Positions 1-10,191 of a stretch of DNA of 64,000 nucleotides are shown here, in pieces. This DNA comes from Candidatus Levyibacteriota bacterium (lineage in GTDB: Bacteria > Patescibacteriota > Microgenomatia > Levybacterales > UBA12049). The translations under genes and the position numbers were made by a program. The notes under the pieces are model-generated. The model did not search any database, was not told the origin of the DNA, and worked only from the letters and a program-made list of their open reading frames with translations. Position 1 is the stretch's first letter; each line of letters starts with the position of its first letter. The stretch spans positions 1,029,404 to 1,093,403 of the forward strand of contig OY970292.1 in NCBI GenBank assembly GCA_963716145.1. Direction: 5' to 3'.

Positions 1-48
1 TATCTTATAACTTCGTACTAGCATTGAAGCTTCTGATATAATATTTTT

Positions 49-483
49 ATGCAGAAACAACCTCTAACTGAGCGAGAATTTAGAAATATTTATTCAAAAG
101 TACCCCGGCTGTGCGTTGATTTAATAATTAAAACAACAAAGGGAATTTTGCTGACTCTAAGAAAAGAAGATTCATGGAACGGGTTGTGGCATGTTCCGGG
201 CGGCACTGTTTACTACAAAGAAGGTTTGCGGGATGCTGCGCGGAGAGTTGCAAAAGAAGAATTGGGAATTGATGTAGCAGTTGTCAAAACATTGGGTTAT
301 ATAGAGTATTTTAATGAAGATAAAGAAAGAGGGTTTGGATATACAGTAAGCGTTGAATTTCTATGCGATCCAAAGTCTACAGAATTTAAGTTAAATGAGC
401 AGGCAACAGAGGCAAAATTTTTTAAATCCCTTCCTGCAAATATAATTCCTGAGCATAAGGAATTTATTGCAAAATACCTCTAA
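49..483 (+). CDS. NUDIX hydrolase
   Basis: Nudix box-like segment GGTVYYKEGLRDAARRVAKEELGI (Gx5Ex7R[ER]xxEExG pattern). Size 144 aa is typical of single-domain Nudix enzymes. Confidence 0.65.
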   Translation: MQKQPLTEREFRNIYSKVPRLCVDLIIKTTKGILLTLRKEDSWNGLWHVPGGTVYYKEGLRDAARRVAKEELGIDVAVVKTLGYIEYFNEDKERGFGYTVSVEFLCDPKSTEFKLNEQATEAKFFKSLPANIIPEHKEFIAKYL

Positions 484-532
484 ATTGAATAATTATTTTT
501 GCATTTTGGTCTCAATAGTGTAATATAAATAT

Positions 533-1873
533 ATGGATCCGACTGCTCAGCCACCATCTACAGATCAGTCAATTAGTGATCAATCAATGCCAAATCCTAC
601 ACCTGTTGTAAATCCTGAGGAGCAAGCTGCCGCAGCCCGCGGGGATATTCCAATGACTGCCGATAATAGCATCGCAGCTGCCAGTATTGCGGATAATGCC
701 GCATTGAATAATTTAGAAGCTGTAAAATCAGCCCAAATGATCAATAACGACACGACTCAGAAAGAGGTAAATGATGCCGGTAGCACTCCCCAAAAAGTAT
801 CGGATCATGGTAAATCATCAGATCAGATCCGGGCGTTGGGTGAGAAAATAGAAAACGCACCAATTCCACCAGACTTCAAGCAGGAATTGCTTGATAAGAT
901 TGCACGTCTTGCAATGATCCGCTCCTCAGCCGGTTTCCTAAGCTCAACATACATCATGGAGTATGAGTCAACCTCACGTTATGTTAATTGGATAGTGGGT
1001 ATGCCCTGGGATAAAAAAAGCGAGGATCTGCTTGATCTGACAAAGGCAAAAGAAATTATGGACAAAAATCATTATGGATTAGGACCTCTTAAGCAAAGAG
1101 TGTTGGAGTACATTGCCTCACTTATGTTAAGCATCAAAAATTACGGAGATAATGGGAATATTATCAAAGCACCAATTCTTTGTATTGTTGGCTTGGCGGG
1201 AACAGGAAAAACAACCTTCGCCTCATCTCTTGCTGAAGCACTAGGGCGCCAATTTGAAAGAATTCCTTTCGGGGGAATGGCTGATTCCAGAGTTCTTCGG
1301 GGGCAATCACGCTATTTTCCTGATGCAGAGCCCGGGCAGATTATCAAGCGGTTGGCTCACGGCGGTACAAAAAACCCGGTAATCCTGCTAGATGAGTTGG
1401 ACCGCGTAACTGACACGGCAAGGGCTGACATTATGGGTGTATTGATTGAAGTTCTGGATCCTGAGCAAAACGCGCGTTTTACGGACCATTATGTTGACTA
1501 TCCTTTTAATCTGCAGAATACTCTTTTTATAGCAACAGCCAATAATGTCTCAAGTGTCGCGACTGCAGTTCTCGATAGATTGGAAATAATTCAAATGCCA
1601 TCATACAATGATGAGGAGAAAACAGTAATTGGGCGGGATTTTGTTCTTCCAAAGACAATGAAGCTCACAGGTTTACTCCCAGAACAACTTATCGTTGATC
1701 CATCTGTCTGGGATGGTCTTGTACGTCCGCTTGGATATGATCCGGGAATCCGGGGTTTGGACCGTTTAATTACGGGAATCTGCCGGAAAGCGGCAACTCA
1801 GATTATTTTGGGTCAGGCCCAAACTGTTAAAATTACCAACGAAAATATAAAACAGTTCCTGCCGGAGTGGTAA
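533..1873 (+). CDS. Lon-like AAA+ ATPase lacking the Lon N-terminal substrate domain and the S16 protease domain
   Basis: Aligns by eye to Lon from the coiled-coil region through the end of the AAA+ module. Matching segments: YVNWIVGMPWDKKSEDLLDL...HYGL, Walker A ILCIVGLAGTGKTT, Walker B VILLDELDRV, LIEVLDPEQN, LFIATAN, LDRLEII, GIRGLDRLITGICRKA. The ORF ends right after the AAA+ alpha-helical lid. The first ~90 aa are low-complexity (Q/P/S/A rich). Confidence 0.7.
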   Translation: MDPTAQPPSTDQSISDQSMPNPTPVVNPEEQAAAARGDIPMTADNSIAAASIADNAALNNLEAVKSAQMINNDTTQKEVNDAGSTPQKVSDHGKSSDQIRALGEKIENAPIPPDFKQELLDKIARLAMIRSSAGFLSSTYIMEYESTSRYVNWIVGMPWDKKSEDLLDLTKAKEIMDKNHYGLGPLKQRVLEYIASLMLSIKNYGDNGNIIKAPILCIVGLAGTGKTTFASSLAEALGRQFERIPFGGMADSRVLRGQSRYFPDAEPGQIIKRLAHGGTKNPVILLDELDRVTDTARADIMGVLIEVLDPEQNARFTDHYVDYPFNLQNTLFIATANNVSSVATAVLDRLEIIQMPSYNDEEKTVIGRDFVLPKTMKLTGLLPEQLIVDPSVWDGLVRPLGYDPGIRGLDRLITGICRKAATQIILGQAQTVKITNENIKQFLPEW

Positions 1874-1925
1874 AACCTCTCATTTCCCCCATTGTATTCG
1901 TCTATTATATTTAATATTCTTATTC

Positions 1926-4897
1926 TTGATGAGACTTTTGCCCAAAGTTTTTATTTCTCTGGTAATTTTACTGGTTTCAATTCTGGTTGTTAACTCATCT
2001 GTTGAAGTTGTACACGCAGAACAAATCGGTACGTGGCAAACAACAAAAGAAAATATGAAGATAAAGCACAGTTTTCCTGCGGCAGCATTACTTTCAAATG
2101 GTAAGGTTTTGGTCGTAGGTGCGGGTTCCGGAGGCGGAGGATCAGCAGAGATTTATGATCCATTAACTGATAGCTGGAGAATAACCAATAGTTTGGGTCA
2201 AGGGCTTTTTGCAAATACTGCCACAAACTTGAAAAACGGAAAAGCTTTGGTTGCGGGATATGGTTTTGATCAAGGCAGCGGAGAGCTAATTTCTTCCGAA
2301 ATATACAATCCTACAAGCGATACATGGAGTTTAGCAGGAACCATGGAAACAGCTAGATATCTGCATCAGGCGACTCTACTTAATGATGGAAGAGTATTGG
2401 CAACAGGAGGAATTGGTAATGGCATACTGACAAGTGCTGAAATTTTTAATCCGGCATCAAATCAATGGAGTCCTGCTGGTTCATGAGCACCGCGCGGACA
2501 GGCCACAGCGCAACGACCTTAAATGATGGAAAAGTGTTGGTAGCAGGTGGACAAACTAACTCCAGCAATTATCTTAAAAATGTTGAAATTTACAATCCCG
2601 GAACAAATCAATGGATTTCAGCTGATGACATGTCAGTACCGCGTTTTGGTCATACAGCCACTTTATTGCCCGATGGTAAAGTCTTAGTTGTTGGCGGGGT
2701 AAGTGAAGATGTTCCATTGGCATCTGCTGAAATATATGATCCGGTGAGTGGTAAATGGAGTTCAACGGATAGTATGAACTCCAATAGGATTTATCATATA
2801 GCGACTTTGCTTAATAGCGGAAAAGTGCTGGTGACAGGCGGAGCAAGTGAGATACAGGGTAATTTTGCTGTAACAAATCTGACCGAGATTTATGATCCAG
2901 TATCCAGCAAATGGATTCCCGGGCCTACCTTGAACTCTGCCCGAATTTACCATATGGCAACCGCCTTATCAGATGGGAGTGTTTTGGTAGCTGGCGGGAT
3001 TAGTGATTTAGACAATATTAATAATTGGTTAAATAGTGCTGAGGTGCTAAGAGTTGTCCCCGAGCCATTTCTCGAGTTGCCGTGGGATTATGAGAATAAA
3101 TTAAATAATCCACAAAAAGTAAAACAGGATTTTAGTGAGGCGGCACTGCAAATAAATTCACACTTTGATCATACATATCCATTATTAAGTAGTGGTTTGT
3201 CTGAAATAGCTGGGCATACTAGTGACATAACAGCCTATAACAATAAACTAACTGATCAAGGATACTCATCTCATGATGGCTATGATTATGGATCTCCCGC
3301 CAACATAAATGATGGCGATCCTGTTCTTGCAGCTGCCTCAGGAGTGGCTACGGTAATTCTTGAAAAAGATAGTGGAGGTGGAGGAAATGTAGTTAAGGTA
3401 GATCATGGAAATGGATATCAAACGTGGTATGAACATTTATATTCTGATAGTTTGGCAACAGGTAAGGTAATTAAGGGAGATAAGATTGGTAGAGTTGGTC
3501 ATACAGGTAATTGTTGGGTTTTTGGTGGTCATGGTGAGCGAATATACCGTACTCCAGCTTGCGCGCATATCCATTTTGGCGTTTTTCAAGACAAGAATAA
3601 CGATGGGAATTTTAATGACAATGTACCTGACGGTGCTACCGATCCATTTGGCTGGCAATCAGCCTCTCCTGATCCTTGGGAAAATTATTCTTTTCTACAG
3701 AATGGTATCCAAAGAACAGGTAACAAAAGTTATTATCTCTGGAAGAATAAAATTGATGGACTTAAAAAAGAACTTACAGCCAATGCGGGAGTGTTTAATG
3801 TCGGAAATTACATTCTTGATTTCCCGGCAAATGGTGACCTTGATGGCTTAACACTGGAAATGCAGTCAGCACCTTCCGCAAAAGTTTCAAACTCAATCGT
3901 TTCAGTTGGGTCAACAATGAGCGTGATTCTTAAAGATCCATTGGGTAGTTTGGTAACTGTTCTAACAAAACCAATGGGAATAAGTATAGATTTTTCAACA
4001 ATGGATATTTCACGTTTTAAACCCGGAACAATATCTATCTATTCAAGCACAGATAATGAGCACTGGGTAAAAGAAAATTCATTTGTTGATTTTCTTAATA
4101 AAAAAGTTACAACTCAGGTCAGTCATTTGACATATTTTGCTCTGATGGGTGAAAGAATAGATACCATTGCGCCGGCAACAACAGCGCAGCTATCGGGATC
4201 TCAGGAGCAAGCAAATTGGTTCAGATCTGATGTTCAAATCACGCTTAATGCAGCGGACAATACTGGAGGGCTTGGAATAGATAACACGCAATACAAAATA
4301 GATACTGGAGATTGGCAATCTTACTCAGCATCAATAAGTGCTACAACTGAAGGACATCACAAAATTGAATTTTATTCAGAGGATAAAGATGGGAATGTTG
4401 AGGATGTAAAATCAATAGAGTTTGATGTCGACAAAACAGCACCTGAAGCAAAAATCCAATTTAACATTCAAAAGCAGGAGCTGGAAGTATTGGGAACTGA
4501 CAACTCAGGGCAGGTGGATATAAAAAGCAAAGACCTAGCCAAAAATTTGGAACAAACAACAATTACAGACAAAGCAGGGAATAAACTGGTGATTGAAGAT
4601 CGGGAAAAGGAAAGCGGGCCAAGAGTGAAATTCAATATATTTTCACTTTCGTATAACGGTACCACTTATCAGCAAGATAAAAACAGATTAGTAGTTAAAT
4701 ACAAGGAAAATAAGAAAGATGATATCAAAGAATTTGAGCAGAGATTTGAAATAAAAGATACTGCGAGAATTGTACTAAGTTTTGATCAGAAAAAGAATCA
4801 AACTACGATCACTCAAGATAAACAGAAAACAGAAGGAGATGGAATAAAAATATTGCAATTGATTACAGAAAAAGGTACGCTAAAATATAGTTACTAG
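1926..4897 (+). CDS. Secreted Kelch-repeat beta-propeller protein with an M23 (LytM-type) peptidase domain and C-terminal Ig-like domains; interrupted by an apparent 1-nt deletion near 2480-2486
   Basis: Signal peptide MMRLLPKVFISLVILLVSILVVNSSVEVVHA. Repeated Kelch-like blades (xxWxxxxxMxxxRxxHxATLLxDGKVLVxGG) run across the junction of ORFs 1926..2486 and 2465..4897, with ...NQWSPAGS followed by MSTARTGHSATTLNDGKVLV in the -1 frame. M23 signature: DHGNGYQTWYEHL...GRVGHTGN...HIHFGVFQ. Confidence 0.6.
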
Positions 4898-4898
4898 T

Positions 4899-5450
4899 AT
4901 GAGTAAGAAAATAGAACAACAAAATAAGAATCTTCATATTTATATATTAATTGGGATTTTTCTAGTAGCAGTGTTGTTTTTGGTCAAAGTTTTGACAAAA
5001 GATCAATCAGTTATTGATCAATCACAAGTCCAAAATAACTTAAGCATTACACCAAAAATAAAAACTTACCATTCAAATTTTTTGGGAATTACGATAAATA
5101 TACCCCCAGGTTATGAGACAGAAGAACAGTTTGGGACAATTTCGTTAAAAAAAGGTAAAGAAGGAAAAGAAGTTATTGTATCTAGGATAGGAACAAATAA
5201 CGATAGTCTTGAAGGTTATTTATTTGATATTGCCGACAAAAATCATTTGGAAATTGTTAATAAAGAGAATTTAATCATAAATGGGATAAGTGGCATAAAA
5301 ACAACTATAAAACATCCTATTTCAAAAGATCCAGACACTAAAATCTATTATTTTTATAAAGATTATAGTGCTTATTATATTTCTACAAATAATTCGGAAT
5401 TATATTCCGACCTTGATCAAATTGCCCAGTCTTTCCGCTATGCTCCCTGA
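4899..5450 (+). CDS. Membrane-anchored hypothetical protein carrying one copy of an unrecognised ~120-aa domain
   Basis: N-terminal TM helix (LHIYILIGIFLVAVLFLVKVL). Start codon lies 1 nt after the stop of the Kelch-M23 gene. Clear paralogy to the next gene (see findings). Confidence 0.5.
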   Translation: MSKKIEQQNKNLHIYILIGIFLVAVLFLVKVLTKDQSVIDQSQVQNNLSITPKIKTYHSNFLGITINIPPGYETEEQFGTISLKKGKEGKEVIVSRIGTNNDSLEGYLFDIADKNHLEIVNKENLIINGISGIKTTIKHPISKDPDTKIYYFYKDYSAYYISTNNSELYSDLDQIAQSFRYAP

Positions 5451-6594
5451 AAGCCAAAAAACAGATCAAGATAAGGTTTCCAGTCCTACCATTTCTCATA
5501 AATACAAAAAGTATATATTAATATTGTCAATCTTATTCATCCTCATTATTGTAAATGAGGTAATAAAAAGAATCTCAATAAGAAAAGTTGACGATAAGAC
5601 CCAAGTATTGATAAGCAAGACCCCAATTAAAAATGTAAATTCAACGCCTATCATAATAAAGCCAGGTTACTACTACTCAAAATCATTAAAAATCAACATA
5701 TATGTTCCTGAAGGATTTAATGGGAACGAGACTTTGGGAATTATTACTTTAAAAAAAGATAAAGTAAAAGGAGAGATTAGGATTAGCAAAACTTCTACAC
5801 AATATGATTCTCTTGATGATGCTATCAAAAATACCAAAAACAAAGCAATTTTTAATGCAAGAAAAAGCAATATGTCCAATGAAAACGGTATAGATGGAAA
5901 ATCATTTTTTGTTGATGATCCTGTTAGCCCCCAAGAGGGATATTTCTTCTACATAAATCACAATATTTATAACTTTTTTACCGATGATATTGACTTATTG
6001 TTTGAACTTCATGAATTAGCTTTTCGCTTTAAGTATTCTGAGCAGGCAGTAACTCCTGCAGTTAAAAAAGTTTACGATTTTAACAAAATAATGACTGAAG
6101 ATTTTCCAACATATGAGAATAAGGAATTTGGTTTTAGCATTGGTTATCCGCTTGAGAGTGAGCAATCAGATCTAAGTACCCAATCAATAAAAGATAGGCA
6201 CGGTAGTGAGACAGAAGAAGCGTATATTGGAGGTAACCGTTTTGATCTTATCGCTCAACCGCCAGGAGCGTATGAATATTATGATGGTTTAATTGTGGAC
6301 GTTATCTATTTCGATAATTTACGTAAAAAGAATCTCACCCAGTTCGTAAAACAATTTATTGATTATGATCCAGAATATGGGACAGGTACTAAATCAGACG
6401 GAGACGTGAATATTAACGGAAATATTGGAAAAAAACTAACATACTGTTGTTATGCTGGTGGTTCAAGTATGTATTTTTTCTTAACCAAAAGCAATAAATA
6501 TATTATTGGAATTTACAGAACTCCTTTCGGACCTGATAGAGAAAAATATGATCAGGTTGCTGAGAAAATGGTTAAATCTTTTAAAATTGATTAG
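5440..6594 (+). CDS. Membrane-anchored hypothetical protein with about three copies of the same unrecognised domain
   Basis: Start taken at the in-frame ATG (MLPESQ...), 11 nt before the upstream stop. TM helix YILILSILFILIIV. Domain 1 aligns with the previous gene (I.I..P.G....G.I.LKK.K..EI..S....DSL ... NGI.GK ... YFFY ... SFRY). The C-terminal half repeats the same pattern (FSIGYP ... NGNIGKKLTY ... MYFFL ... VKSFKI). Confidence 0.5.
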   Translation: MLPESQKTDQDKVSSPTISHKYKKYILILSILFILIIVNEVIKRISIRKVDDKTQVLISKTPIKNVNSTPIIIKPGYYYSKSLKINIYVPEGFNGNETLGIITLKKDKVKGEIRISKTSTQYDSLDDAIKNTKNKAIFNARKSNMSNENGIDGKSFFVDDPVSPQEGYFFYINHNIYNFFTDDIDLLFELHELAFRFKYSEQAVTPAVKKVYDFNKIMTEDFPTYENKEFGFSIGYPLESEQSDLSTQSIKDRHGSETEEAYIGGNRFDLIAQPPGAYEYYDGLIVDVIYFDNLRKKNLTQFVKQFIDYDPEYGTGTKSDGDVNINGNIGKKLTYCCYAGGSSMYFFLTKSNKYIIGIYRTPFGPDREKYDQVAEKMVKSFKID

Positions 6595-6632
6595 TTTTAC
6601 TACGCTAAGTAACCCTCTTTCCGCTACGAACC

Positions 6633-7484
6633 TTAAAGATTGAAATAGTTTATTATATCAAGCATTCCGTTTTGATCTACTGACTTTCCTATAAAATATT
6701 TTCCTTCGCCTTTTTGAGTAATTAGCGCCTTTAACTCTTTACTTCCATTTTCAAGAGTTGCTGCGTATCCGCAAAGCTGCATAAAACTCCAGTCACTTGT
6801 TGTGTCCCCAATTCCCAGGATTTCATCGAAAGGAATATTTAGACTTCTGGAAATTGTCTCAGCTCCTTCTTTTTTTGAGCTCCCAAGTGAAGTAACGATC
6901 CCAAACTGCAAAGGAAGCGCCACCGGATGCAAACCCCAGCCAATTGAAACAAGTCTCTTGAACGGATCAAGGATATCTGAAATACGCTTCTTGTCTTCTT
7001 CGTTTTGGGCTATAGGCATAAACTTTGTAATTTCGTAGTTTTCACTCTCCTCAACTATATCTTTTAATTTTTTGGGCTGTCTCTGTAAAACGAGAAAATG
7101 TTTCGCTGTAATTTCCGATTCTTGATTTGCCTGAATAAAATAATCATCAATAGTATAGAATTCGACATAAATATTATTTTTCAAACATAATTGCAGAATT
7201 TCTTTAGCAATTTGTTTATCTAGAATATGTTTTTCGACAATAACGTTATCAATCGGGTCATAAATAACTGCTCCGGCGTCAGTAATGTGAGGATTATTAA
7301 GATTCGCGGCTTTGATGATATCAAGAATTGCATAATAAGGTTTGGCCGTGCAAAGTGCAATTGGAATTCCTTTTTGTCTGATAATCTTCAATGCCGACAA
7401 GACGTCAGGGTGCGGATGAGGAGAGTTATAACCAATTTTTTCACCTATGATGATTCCATCAATATTGGTAATAATAGCTTTAAT
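6633..7484 (-). CDS. HAD superfamily hydrolase, Cof-like (HAD-IIB) family
   Basis: Start set at internal MIKAIITNIDG. C-terminal motif IV GIGDTTSDWSFMQ (GDGxND-like). Length and cap architecture fit Cof-type phosphatases. Motif I reads TNIDG, with Asn/Thr where the DxDGT nucleophile is expected. Confidence 0.5.
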   Translation of the reverse strand: MKAIITNIDGIIIGEKIGYNSPHPHPDVLSALKIIRQKGIPIALCTAKPYYAILDIIKAANLNNPHITDAGAVIYDPIDNVIVEKHILDKQIAKEILQLCLKNNIYVEFYTIDDYFIQANQESEITAKHFLVLQRQPKKLKDIVEESENYEITKFMPIAQNEEDKKRISDILDPFKRLVSIGWGLHPVALPLQFGIVTSLGSSKKEGAETISRSLNIPFDEILGIGDTTSDWSFMQLCGYAATLENGSKELKALITQKGEGKYFIGKSVDQNGMLDIINYFNL

Positions 7485-7601
7485 CATAAAAGAATTATAG
7501 CATTTCGTCATGTCGTGCCAAAATAGAAATGTCACCCCCCCAATATTAACTTTGGCTTTGTTATCATTGCAAATGAAACTTGATCGTATATAATTACAGC
7601 A

Positions 7602-8390
7602 ATGAATCATAATTCAGCTCAATCACTGCAGAAAGAACTTGCTCTCGAAAAAGAACTTGCTCTAAAAGCAGGTGAGATTATGCTGCAATATTTTGATACA
7701 AATCAGCATGAAGTGACAAAAGGTGATGGGACGCCAGTAACGATTGCCGATACGATGATAAATTCTATGGTAATCAAAGAGATTAGAAAAAATTTTCCGC
7801 AAGATACTATAGTCGGCGAAGAAGAAAGTACTGGTACTTATGGGAAAGGGAGGCGATGGATATGTGATCCTGTTGATGGTACAGCTGCATTTGTGATGGG
7901 ACTTCCGAGTTCTATGTTTTCAATTTGTTGCGTGATTGATGGCGTTCCAATGGCTGCGGTTGTTTATGAACCGCTTCGAAAACAACTTTATACAGCTGTC
8001 CGTGGGAAAGGGAGTTACTGCAATGATAAAAAACTTCAGGTATCCAATCATGGGTTTGATAAGGCGCTTATCGCTCTTGCGCCTGATTATATTCGTCCAC
8101 AGTTCGTCAATGAACCATTTATGCAACGTCTTTTGGTACACGACAAGCAACTAGCAATATTTCCTGGAGCAGTTTTTCGCAGTTGTATGGTTGCTCAAGG
8201 AAGAATTGCAGGTTTTCCTCATCCAAGAGTCAAGCCATATGATATCGCGGCTGTTCATTTAATCGTCGAGGAAGCTGGGGGCAAAGTGACAAATGTGCAC
8301 GGAGAGGCATTGGATTATACAAAAAATTTTCGCGGAGCTATTATCTCCAACGGCGTAGTCCATGACGATCTTATTGCTTTATTTCAATAG
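7602..8390 (+). CDS. Inositol monophosphatase / FBPase-like family phosphatase
   Basis: IMPase motifs VGEEES and WICDPVDGTAAF (WxxDPxDGT). Confidence 0.7.
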   Translation: MNHNSAQSLQKELALEKELALKAGEIMLQYFDTNQHEVTKGDGTPVTIADTMINSMVIKEIRKNFPQDTIVGEEESTGTYGKGRRWICDPVDGTAAFVMGLPSSMFSICCVIDGVPMAAVVYEPLRKQLYTAVRGKGSYCNDKKLQVSNHGFDKALIALAPDYIRPQFVNEPFMQRLLVHDKQLAIFPGAVFRSCMVAQGRIAGFPHPRVKPYDIAAVHLIVEEAGGKVTNVHGEALDYTKNFRGAIISNGVVHDDLIALFQ

Positions 8391-8409
8391 CTTTTGATAT
8401 AATTTTTTT

Positions 8410-9150
8410 ATGCAAAATCAGCATTTTCAAATTCACCGTTTTGTTAATAAAGAAGAAGCCGTCGTACAAACAGCAAAAAAGATAAATGAGATTTTAACCA
8501 GTCTACGCGTTGAGAAAAAACCCGTACTACTACTTCTTTCTGGTGGATCAGCTTTGGATCTCCTTAATTATATTGATGAAAAAAACTTGGCAGACAAACT
8601 TACAATTGCTGTGCTCGATGAGCGCTATAGTACCGATGAGGTTGTCAATAATTTTATGCAAGTGACCAAAACGCCTTTTTATGCTGCTGCTAAGAAGAAT
8701 GGTGTAAATGTTATAGAGACCGCAGTAAAAACAACTGAGACAAGTGAGCAACTCGCAAAAAGATTTCAAACTGATCTGAAGGTATGGAAAGAAACGAATA
8801 CAAAGGGTGAAATACTTGCCATTGTTGGTATCGGGCCTGATGGCCATACTTCAGGTATGCTGCCATTTTCTGAAAATCCAGAACTTTTTGCTGAGCTGTT
8901 TGAAAATCCAGAAAAATTAGTTGTAAATTATGATGCAGAAGGCAAGAACCCTTTTCGTTATCGGGTAACGACAACCAATACCTTTATGCGTGACTATATC
9001 GATCATGCAGTTGTTTATGCTGTAGGTGAAAATAAAAGAGATGCTCTGGCCCGTCTTATGGCAGAATCAGGTAGTCTTGCCAATACGCCTGCTAGGATTT
9101 TGCGAGAGATGAAGCACGTTGACTTATTTACCGACGTTATTCCAGATTAG
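8410..9150 (+). CDS. 6-phosphogluconolactonase-like (NagB/Pgl family) protein
   Basis: LLLSGGSALDLL and IAVLDERYS motifs resemble Pgl/DevB SGGS and DER. Sits immediately upstream of gnd. Confidence 0.5.
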   Translation: MQNQHFQIHRFVNKEEAVVQTAKKINEILTSLRVEKKPVLLLLSGGSALDLLNYIDEKNLADKLTIAVLDERYSTDEVVNNFMQVTKTPFYAAAKKNGVNVIETAVKTTETSEQLAKRFQTDLKVWKETNTKGEILAIVGIGPDGHTSGMLPFSENPELFAELFENPEKLVVNYDAEGKNPFRYRVTTTNTFMRDYIDHAVVYAVGENKRDALARLMAESGSLANTPARILREMKHVDLFTDVIPD

Positions 9151-9159
9151 AATAGTGAT

Positions 9160-10068
9160 ATGAAGCTTGGATTAATTGGACTTGGAAAAATGGGTAGCCG
9201 GATGGCACTTAAGCTCTTGAAAGAGGGACATGACGTTGTTGTCTGGAACCGCTCGTCTCAGGCTGTTGATGAACTTAGAGCACAAGTCCCCAATGTTAAA
9301 TCTGCTACAACAGTTAAAGAGTTGATTGAGGGCTTAGGAAAACCTCGTATAGTTTGGATAATGTTACCCGCCGGAGAAGCGACGGAAGCCATGATTTCAG
9401 AAGTTTCAAAATACGTTGAGAAAGAAGATATTGTTGTGGACGGAGGGAATTCCAAATATCAGGACACGGAAAGACATTATCAATCGTTTAAAGAAAAAGG
9501 TGTAAGATTTTTGGGAATTGGGGTATCTGGCGGTGTTATATCTGTGGCTGAGGGATATCCGCAGATGGCAGGCGGGGACAAATCGGCTTATGACTACGTA
9601 ACTCCAATTTTAGATTCCCTGGCAAAGCCGCATGGGGGACATGAGTATTTCGGGACAGGCGGAGCAGGGCATTTTGTCAAAATGGTTCACAATGGAATAG
9701 AGTATCCGATCATGCAGGCGATTGGTGAAGGATTTGGAGTTATGGCAAATTCCTCATACAATTTTGATTTATTAAAAATTGCAAAGCTTTATCAAAAAGG
9801 AACACTTGTATCAGGATTTATGTTGGATCGGACAGTTGAAGCGCTTGAAAATGATCCCAAGCTTGAATCAATAGCAGGAGTTATTGGTACTGCATCAGGA
9901 GAGGCATTCTGGACAGTTGAGGAAGCAGAAAAGTTGGGTCAGCCTGTTGAATCTATACAGCAGGCAATTGATTTCCGAAAAAGATCAGAAACAGAAAAAG
10001 CAGTTCAGGATAGTTTTGCTGCGAAAATGGTCGGAGCCTCAGAATCGCCTTCGGCGGCCACCCCGTGA
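9160..10068 (+). CDS. gnd: 6-phosphogluconate dehydrogenase, decarboxylating, short (~300 aa) form
   Basis: N-terminal Rossmann GLIGLGKMGSRMALKL. GGNSKYQDTERH...FLGIGVSGG matches the Gnd core (IDGGNS...GTGVSGG). Confidence 0.75.
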   Translation: MKLGLIGLGKMGSRMALKLLKEGHDVVVWNRSSQAVDELRAQVPNVKSATTVKELIEGLGKPRIVWIMLPAGEATEAMISEVSKYVEKEDIVVDGGNSKYQDTERHYQSFKEKGVRFLGIGVSGGVISVAEGYPQMAGGDKSAYDYVTPILDSLAKPHGGHEYFGTGGAGHFVKMVHNGIEYPIMQAIGEGFGVMANSSYNFDLLKIAKLYQKGTLVSGFMLDRTVEALENDPKLESIAGVIGTASGEAFWTVEEAEKLGQPVESIQQAIDFRKRSETEKAVQDSFAAKMVGASESPSAATP

Positions 10069-10191
10069 AGAAGAAATAGGCAAAGTTTTTTGAGCTTATT
10101 CTAATTATTTAAATTTCAGAACACTCGGAAAACTCAGCACCCCAGAAGATCAGAGATTCAGAAATATCAGAAAATCTGATACGATGAGAGA

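Noticed and set aside
533-1873. BREX BrxL or another Lon-containing defence system
   Set aside because: No PglX/PglZ/BrxC-like genes nearby. Neighbours are a Nudix hydrolase and envelope genes, and the protein lacks the protease domain that BrxL retains.
5368-5450. Frameshift fusion of the 183-aa and 408-aa paralogs
   Set aside because: The second gene has its own TM helix and an in-frame ATG at 5440. The 11-nt overlap is typical of operon coupling. The frame relation (+1) differs from the deletion pattern seen elsewhere.
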